Assembly: GCA_964648855.1 (NCBI GenBank)
Contig: CAZYLT010000001.1
Location: 300,001 to 332,000, forward strand
Direction: 5' to 3'
Length of the DNA stretch: 32,000 nucleotides
Source: an uncultured archaeon
Lineage (GTDB): Archaea > Asgardarchaeota > Thorarchaeia > Thorarchaeales > Thorarchaeaceae
Part shown: positions 26,333 to 32,000 of the stretch, piece after piece
Layout of the letters: each line of letters starts with the position of its first letter
Numbering within the stretch: the first letter of the stretch is position 1
Made by a program: the position numbers and the translations under genes
Notes under the pieces: model-generated
Told to the model about the DNA's origin: nothing
What the model saw: only the letters and a program-made list of their open reading frames with translations
Database searches by the model: none

Positions 26333-28276
26333 ATGTCCACAATAGCCGTACTCACATTTGTGCTTCCACTTATTTTAGGGCCAGTTTCATTCCTATTAGC
26401 AAAATCCTCCCGATTTAGCGGGCTTTCAAAGTGGCTCTGCCTAGGTGGCGTCCTATATGCTTTTGTCGGCTGTGTGATTCTTCTCCCGAGTGTACTTACT
26501 TCCCCAGTTCAGAGCGACCTATTCAAACTTTCCTTATTGAACACCCAGCTTCGGGTAGGGATCTACATTGACTTGCTCTCGATTTGTTTTGCTCTAGTCG
26601 CTTCTCTTTTCGGCTTCTTTGTTGTCTTATATGGAATCGATTATTTCAAGAATACACAGGAAGAAACGCACCAGATGATGACAGATAGGTCGCTCTCGTT
26701 TGCCGTTATAATGCTTGGCGGCATAGTCGGAACCCTATTCTCGCTTGACCTCTTCATGCTGTTGATTTTTTGGGAGATCATGACATTATCTCTTTATGTC
26801 TTGATTCTCGAACGGGAGAACTCTGATGCTGCTTTCAAAGCATTCATGATGACCCATACCGGCGGTCTTGGATTGCTTGCTATCACTATTCTTATCTCTT
26901 CAACCACAGGAACGCTTCAAATTCAGCAGATAGCCCAATATCCTGAGTTGTTGGTCATGGCGATGCCGGCCCTCATTCCGTTGTCATTGCTGGCGGTTCT
27001 TCCTAAAGCGCTTCAATTTCCTTTTCATACATGGTTTCCTGATGGAGCCAGTGCACCTGCATCAACAATGGTGCTCATCATTGCGGCAGACTTGGCCGGC
27101 ATCTATCTGCTCTTACGCCTTGTTCTTCAAGTACTTGAGCCAGCCCTTTCTCTATTCCCGACGTTGGTTTTTGTTCAGATACTGGGCAATCCTAGTGTCT
27201 TAGGCCTTATCATATCAATAGTGGGGAGTATCACCCTACTCATCGGAGCGATGAACGCAACGATTGAAACCGATTTGCCCAGGATTATTGCTTATGGTGC
27301 AGCATCTGAGCTTGGCTTCGTGTTCATTGTCCTGGGATTAGAGTCCCCTCTGGGATTCGCCGCCTGCCTCTTCTACGCGATATCTCATACGCTGGTCGTA
27401 GGTCTGCTCTTCCTATGTGCAGGTGCCGTAGTTATGGAAACCGGAATTCGCGAAATTGAACACTTGGGTGGGCTGTATCATTCGATGCCAATCACGGCAT
27501 CCTGTACGGCGATTAGCGTACTGGCGATTGGAGGGCTACCTCTACTAAGTGAATTCATAGCGAAATATCTAGTCTTAATGTCAACAGTCGTTGCGCGTTC
27601 ACCATTGTTTCTTGCAGTGGCAATTCTTGGCGAACTGATACACATTGTAATAGCTACTCGAATTCTCTATTCTGTCTTCCTTGCTAGTAGTGAACAAGCC
27701 ATTTCATCTGATATCAGCGATCCTCCACCTTTCATGCTCGTCCCGATGCTTTTTATTGCAGGATTAATTGTGATAATCGGCCTCGATCCAATGCTACTCC
27801 TTGACGGCATTATCCTTCCAAGCCTTGTTCAGCTTGGGATATCTATCGAGGAGGTTCTCCCTTTTCTTATTCTGCCAGTATTTGGCGGAATATGGAGTCC
27901 AATCATTATCACATCGGCGATATTAGTACTCCTCTCGGTCTTTCTTATTGCAGTGATTTTTTCCTGGAATCGAGGAAAGTACAAGCATGAGCCTCATGAA
28001 CAGACGTTCAAACCGTTCATCTGTGGGGAAGATAGCGTAGAATACAGACTGCCCCATCTAGACCTATTCTATACCATCCAATCAGATATATTGAAAGTCG
28101 AAAGTCTTGTGCATTCCACCGACATTGATCGTCTCTATCGGTACCTCTCCCGGAAAGTTTACGATGCATGCGAAACGATTCTGAGAATAGATGTGCGTCA
28201 TCAGTTTTTGCGGGCGTTTCTCTGGTTTATCTCTGGACTGATGATACTCTTACTAGTAACTCTATTGGTGGTGTAA
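26333..28276 (+). CDS. Antiporter-like proton-translocating subunit (NuoL/MrpA/HyfB family)
   Basis: IFWEIM, KALQFPFHTWFPDG, LGGLYHSMP, GLPLLSEFIAK and C-terminal PFICGE. SD AGGTGA. Confidence 0.9.
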   Translation: MSTIAVLTFVLPLILGPVSFLLAKSSRFSGLSKWLCLGGVLYAFVGCVILLPSVLTSPVQSDLFKLSLLNTQLRVGIYIDLLSICFALVASLFGFFVVLYGIDYFKNTQEETHQMMTDRSLSFAVIMLGGIVGTLFSLDLFMLLIFWEIMTLSLYVLILERENSDAAFKAFMMTHTGGLGLLAITILISSTTGTLQIQQIAQYPELLVMAMPALIPLSLLAVLPKALQFPFHTWFPDGASAPASTMVLIIAADLAGIYLLLRLVLQVLEPALSLFPTLVFVQILGNPSVLGLIISIVGSITLLIGAMNATIETDLPRIIAYGAASELGFVFIVLGLESPLGFAACLFYAISHTLVVGLLFLCAGAVVMETGIREIEHLGGLYHSMPITASCTAISVLAIGGLPLLSEFIAKYLVLMSTVVARSPLFLAVAILGELIHIVIATRILYSVFLASSEQAISSDISDPPPFMLVPMLFIAGLIVIIGLDPMLLLDGIILPSLVQLGISIEEVLPFLILPVFGGIWSPIIITSAILVLLSVFLIAVIFSWNRGKYKHEPHEQTFKPFICGEDSVEYRLPHLDLFYTIQSDILKVESLVHSTDIDRLYRYLSRKVYDACETILRIDVRHQFLRAFLWFISGLMILLLVTLLVV

Positions 28277-28280
28277 GACT

Positions 28281-28925
28281 GTGAATGTAGTGTTCTTTTA
28301 CTTGACCTTCTTCGTGGCAGCTCTAACGGCTGTAGCATGTTGCGTTCGTAGCTCGAGGCAACTGATCCTGATTCTCTTTGTGCAAGCCGCAGGCATTACC
28401 GGAGCTTCACTTATACTCGTGCTAGTTGAGGCTACGGCAGGGTGGAATACAGCATCAATTGTCAAGATTGTTGTTGCTGTTGGAGAGTTGTTCTTTGCTG
28501 CGGTACTCACCCCTTTCATCCTATACATAGGTATGAGAAAGACGAAAAATGTATCAGACCAACCGAAACCAGGCATTGTATTAACACTTGCAATAATCGC
28601 CATTGTAACCTTTACACAATTCTTTCTTTGGGTTTTGATTTGGCCCTCGGTGCCACAGGAGTTTGTAATCTTCATGCCGGTTGCTCTTGCACTCTCCATC
28701 GATTTTGTGCTAATCGCGACTCGAGATGACCCCCTGAAGATTCTTGTTGCGCTAAATATTGCTGAAACTTCTCTTTTCACATTCTTGGAACAAGTGCCCT
28801 TCGCAATCATTCTGCCCTTGCTTGTGCTTGTTAGCCTCGTGAATCTGGTGGGGGTATATATCATATATCAGGGGTACCAGCAATTCGATTCCCTATCAGT
28901 CACAGAATGGAGGCAAGCCATCTGA
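28281..28925 (+). CDS. HyfE-like (NuoJ/K-related) membrane subunit
   Basis: About 7 TM helices, located between two antiporter-like subunits. Motifs LFVQA and RDDPLKILVALNIAET. Confidence 0.65.
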   Translation: MNVVFFYLTFFVAALTAVACCVRSSRQLILILFVQAAGITGASLILVLVEATAGWNTASIVKIVVAVGELFFAAVLTPFILYIGMRKTKNVSDQPKPGIVLTLAIIAIVTFTQFFLWVLIWPSVPQEFVIFMPVALALSIDFVLIATRDDPLKILVALNIAETSLFTFLEQVPFAIILPLLVLVSLVNLVGVYIIYQGYQQFDSLSVTEWRQAI

Positions 28926-30379
28926 TGAGTTCTCTTATTCCCATAACCATATTGAGCATCCCTGTGCTTATTGGAGTTCTTTCGGCGGCAATTGCCCAGC
29001 CATCAGATCTTCAAGTAGTGTTCACAAAGATTGAGAAACCATCCGTTGTCCTAGGAACGGGATTGACTCTTCTAGCTCTTATTCTATATTCACCAATGGT
29101 ATTCAGCGGGGTAGTCTTAGAGCTTCCAGCCATTGCAGTTCGTCTGGATTCGACCAATATAGCTCCATCAATTACCATTGCCTTGATTTTCTTTTTGACA
29201 TCAATCTACAATGTCAAGGCCGAAGATGGAGGAAGACTCAAACCAGAGATTTACAATCTCCTCGTGTTGGCGTTTTTGACCTGCATGCTGGGGCTCATCC
29301 TCGTCTATGATGTATTTGCAGTGGCTCTATTCATTGAACTTGTCATCGCTGTTTCGGTAATATTGGTAGTTCATGCGGAAGGCAAGGATGCAGTCGAAGC
29401 GTCATACAAGTACCTCATCATAACGGCTGTGAGCGCTCTGTTTGTCATACTGGGTGCAACCCTAGTCTATATTCTGGCCGGCACCTCGAACATTGATGAT
29501 ATAATGACCAATTCCGGTGTCCTCGCAGACACCCAGATAATCCCGATTCTTATTGGTGTTCTTTTCGTTGTCGGAATCGGAGCAGATATAGGAATCGCCC
29601 CCTTCCACGGTTGGCTACCCGATGCATTCCCCGCCTCCAAACCAGCTGTGAATTGCTTTTTTGCTGCTGAACCAGTTGCTCTGTTTGTTGCCCTATTTAA
29701 GTTGCTGCAGATGTTGTACACTATTTCACCATCAGTGGTCATGCCCTTGCTTGTTACTGGTGTTGGTGTATTTTCTCTCGTCCTTGGGGTACTCCTCGCC
29801 TATTCGCAGAAAAACTTCATGAGATTGGTAGCATACGCCAGCATCGAAGAATTTGGTTATGTAATGATAATATTCGGACTTTTCACTCCGCTAAGTTTTG
29901 CAGTTGGGCAACTGTATCTGATGAACATCTCAGTCATGAAACTCGGAATTCTGCTTTCCCTAGGGTCTGTCATTATAATGACAGGGACCATGGACATGAG
30001 GTCTCTAGGAGGGCTTGGTAAAAAGATGCGACTTACTTCAATCCTCTATCTCATCACAATTCTTTCTCTAGCTGGCATTGCGCCTCTCAGTGGGTTCTTA
30101 ACGAAATGGCTGTTAATGGCCACGGTATACGAGCACCTTTTGGTGAGTGCGGGAATACTCCCCGCCATCGGCGCCCTGTTGTTGCTTTTGGTTTCTTCGC
30201 TATTCGCATTCGTGTTCTTCATCCGTTCATTTCACTGGATCTTTCAGGGGGCGGAACGAAAATCATTGAAGAATGTGTCCGAGGTTCCGAAAGAAATGTG
30301 GGTTCCTGCAGCCATAACCACCGCAATCATTGTTGCTTTTGGGTTAATGCCTCATCTATTCATGGCTTTTGTCACATAG
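28925..30379 (+). CDS. Antiporter-like subunit (HyfF/MrpD/NuoN family)
   Basis: FIELV, AVEASYKYLI, PFHGWLPDAFP, RLVAYASI, LGGLGKKM and GIAPLSGFLTKW. Start at the TGATG overlap with SD GGAGG (ORF-track start is 28907). Confidence 0.9.
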   Translation: MSSLIPITILSIPVLIGVLSAAIAQPSDLQVVFTKIEKPSVVLGTGLTLLALILYSPMVFSGVVLELPAIAVRLDSTNIAPSITIALIFFLTSIYNVKAEDGGRLKPEIYNLLVLAFLTCMLGLILVYDVFAVALFIELVIAVSVILVVHAEGKDAVEASYKYLIITAVSALFVILGATLVYILAGTSNIDDIMTNSGVLADTQIIPILIGVLFVVGIGADIGIAPFHGWLPDAFPASKPAVNCFFAAEPVALFVALFKLLQMLYTISPSVVMPLLVTGVGVFSLVLGVLLAYSQKNFMRLVAYASIEEFGYVMIIFGLFTPLSFAVGQLYLMNISVMKLGILLSLGSVIIMTGTMDMRSLGGLGKKMRLTSILYLITILSLAGIAPLSGFLTKWLLMATVYEHLLVSAGILPAIGALLLLLVSSLFAFVFFIRSFHWIFQGAERKSLKNVSEVPKEMWVPAAITTAIIVAFGLMPHLFMAFVT

Positions 30380-30380
30380 C

Positions 30381-30397
30381 AGGCTATTTTTTAGCCT
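30381..30397. terminator. Short hairpin/T-tract between convergent operons
   Basis: AGGCTA-TTTTT-TAGCCT immediately after the stop at 30379. Confidence 0.4.
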
Positions 30398-30465
30398 GAG
30401 GGACTTGCGATCTGAGAGAATACAGAATCGAAGCGATGATTGCCCTGCCAATCACAATTTGAGCA

Positions 30466-30936
30466 TCAGATATTCTCGATGCGATGAAACGACCAATCAT
30501 ATTTTGAAATAACAAGTCCGACGTCAACCACTAGTCTGTCGATTAGCTTTTGAATTGCATAACCACTCTCACTACTTATCCTAATCAGCTGATAAGTGGT
30601 GGTGTAATTAGATTCTTCTTCATCTTCGCCAATCTCCACCGTTGTGTGTGTGCAGGTCACATCACCCAGAATATTGACACGGATATCAGCGTCCACATAG
30701 TTTCCTGCCATCTTTTTGTGCTTCGAATACTTCTTGATTTCAGCCCTGACAGTTTTCCCGTCTTTGACTTCTTCAACTGACTTAGTTCCTTGCTTCTGTT
30801 CCTTAGCTACTTCCTGTGTGTCATCTTCAACTCTTGTAAACCCATACTTGTCTTCAAGTATGTCGCTCAAGAGAGGATGTTCAGTTGAATGATATACGAG
30901 ATTCTCCAATGTGATCGTAACGGTTTCTTTATTCAC
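30466..30936 (-). CDS. Hypothetical soluble protein downstream of the NuoI-like gene
   Basis: 156-aa ORF starting 36 bp after the ferredoxin gene. No recognised motif. Confidence 0.7.
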   Translation of the reverse strand: MNKETVTITLENLVYHSTEHPLLSDILEDKYGFTRVEDDTQEVAKEQKQGTKSVEEVKDGKTVRAEIKKYSKHKKMAGNYVDADIRVNILGDVTCTHTTVEIGEDEEESNYTTTYQLIRISSESGYAIQKLIDRLVVDVGLVISKYDWSFHRIENI

Positions 30937-30972
30937 TAGTATACCCCATAGATTTCAAGATTTAGATGGATT

Positions 30973-31311
30973 CTATTCAACATATAGGCTTTCTCGATCA
31001 TGCGTACCGGTCAGATACTCGTTCGATAGTGCGATAGCATCTACGGGACAAACGTCCCTGCACTGTCCGCAAAATAAACAACGACTTAAATTAAACCTTA
31101 CCTTCTTGTCTTCCTTCACGAGAATGGCACCTGCTGGACACATTTTTGTACAGAGCAAGCATCCGATGCATGTATCACGGTCATAGACTATCTTTCCTCG
31201 GAGTCGCGTTGGTTCTGGCTCTCTGTCTTCAGGTTTTGCATCCCACGGAATAGTATATGGCTTCTTGAAGAGTGAATTCATTGCATCACGTAACATCTGA
31301 ACGACTTTCAT
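30973..31311 (-). CDS. 2x[4Fe-4S] NuoI/HyfH-like subunit
   Basis: CIGCLLCTKMCP and CLFCGQCRDVCP, with KPYT...RLRGK upstream. Confidence 0.93.
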   Translation of the reverse strand: MKVVQMLRDAMNSLFKKPYTIPWDAKPEDREPEPTRLRGKIVYDRDTCIGCLLCTKMCPAGAILVKEDKKVRFNLSRCLFCGQCRDVCPVDAIALSNEYLTGTHDRESLYVE

Positions 31312-31320
31312 TTACATCAC

Positions 31321-32000
31321 CTAGAATCCTGTCATCACAAGAAATGTTGATAGTATTACGAGCAAAAGAGGCAACCCCCAGAAGAAACGGAGTGCTTGAT
31401 ATGGCTTGAAGCGTGCGAAAATTGTACGCGGCAATGTAACTGTGAAGAACATTACAGCAAATGCAAGAACAAGGCGCATTATGATTGATCCATAGATGCC
31501 CCCGAAGGCAAACAACAGGGGATGGTTGAAGAAGAGAATTGTAGCGAGAAGGGTAAGATTGAGTGCTAGCACATCTTTGCTAAGCTTCATCAGCGCAAGA
31601 TGAGACCCTGTATACTCAATAAGCACACCATGAGCTATCTCCGTTTTTGCGTTAGGAATATCATAAGGAGCAACGGATAAGGCGGCGGGTATGCAGAGAA
31701 GAAATGCTGCTGCGGCGAAAACCATGCCAGGAGAAGCTAACACCATAGCGGTGCCCATTGACTCCTGAATCTGAACAATTCCATAGCTTGCCAGAGTGAA
31801 ATCTGCCTTAAACATCGCGAGTACCAATGACATGATGAATGTCAGCTCGTAGGCGAGCATCATTGTTATGCTTCTAGAGAAACCTATCGTGCCATATGGA
31901 TTTCCAGAGGCTGCACCTCCGACAGCATACATCAATGAAGGAATAGTGAGCAAGTAAATGATGAGGATGATGTCGCCCTCGACTGGAACCTGCAGAAACA
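31321..32000 (-). CDS. NuoH/HyfC-like membrane subunit (start lies beyond the window)
   Basis: The frame is open to the edge (FLQVPVEGDIILIIYLLTIP). Motifs SGNPYGTIGFSR...AYE, PYDIP...EI...EYTG and ARFKPYQ. Confidence 0.9.
   Translation of the reverse strand, partial: FLQVPVEGDIILIIYLLTIPSLMYAVGGAASGNPYGTIGFSRSITMMLAYELTFIMSLVLAMFKADFTLASYGIVQIQESMGTAMVLASPGMVFAAAAFLLCIPAALSVAPYDIPNAKTEIAHGVLIEYTGSHLALMKLSKDVLALNLTLLATILFFNHPLLFAFGGIYGSIIMRLVLAFAVMFFTVTLPRTIFARFKPYQALRFFWGLPLLLVILSTFLVMTGF

Noticed and set aside
28298-28864. 188-aa antisense ORF within the HyfE-like gene (similar antisense ORFs at 14334-14852 and 21277-22626)
   Set aside because: These are fully nested opposite well-supported genes and are typical antisense shadows.

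Overview
Gene-dense archaeal-looking chromosomal segment, with BRE/TATA promoters, GGAGG/AGGTGA Shine-Dalgarno (SD) sites and extracellular proteins rich in N-x-S/T sequons. Gene content suggests an Asgard archaeon such as Thorarchaeia, but that is inference only. (1) 1-12368 (+): a probable cell-surface operon encoding an apparently catalytically dead subtilase with site-1-protease-like architecture (S8 tail, Ig-like domain, GIFT domain, TM helix), a DrrA/GldA-type ABC ATPase that appears to start at CTG, and a 2252-aa type-I membrane protein (FG-GAP/BBS2-like propeller, about 80 DxDxDG Ca2+-binding repeats with a strict long/short grammar, TM helix, cytoplasmic Ig/ear-like domain). A TPR protein follows. 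(2) 12380-17833 (-): a large GNAT fusion, PolX-PHP and a small membrane protein. (3) 17985-18952 (-): a Panacea antitoxin / RelE-like toxin pair with a CxxC-x12-CxxC insert and an upstream perfect 19-bp palindrome. (4) 19343-22658 (-): two paralogous membrane proteins, an ArsR-type regulator and a DUF4097-like protein, with a readable operator/promoter. (5) A P-loop ATPase and a convergent membrane protein. (6) 25526-32000: a split, convergent complex-I-like / group 4 hydrogenase-type cluster whose antiporter-like subunits have conserved Lys positions lost or replaced by acidic residues. No rRNA, tRNA, CRISPR array or transposase was seen. All family calls are by-eye motif recognition, not database searches.
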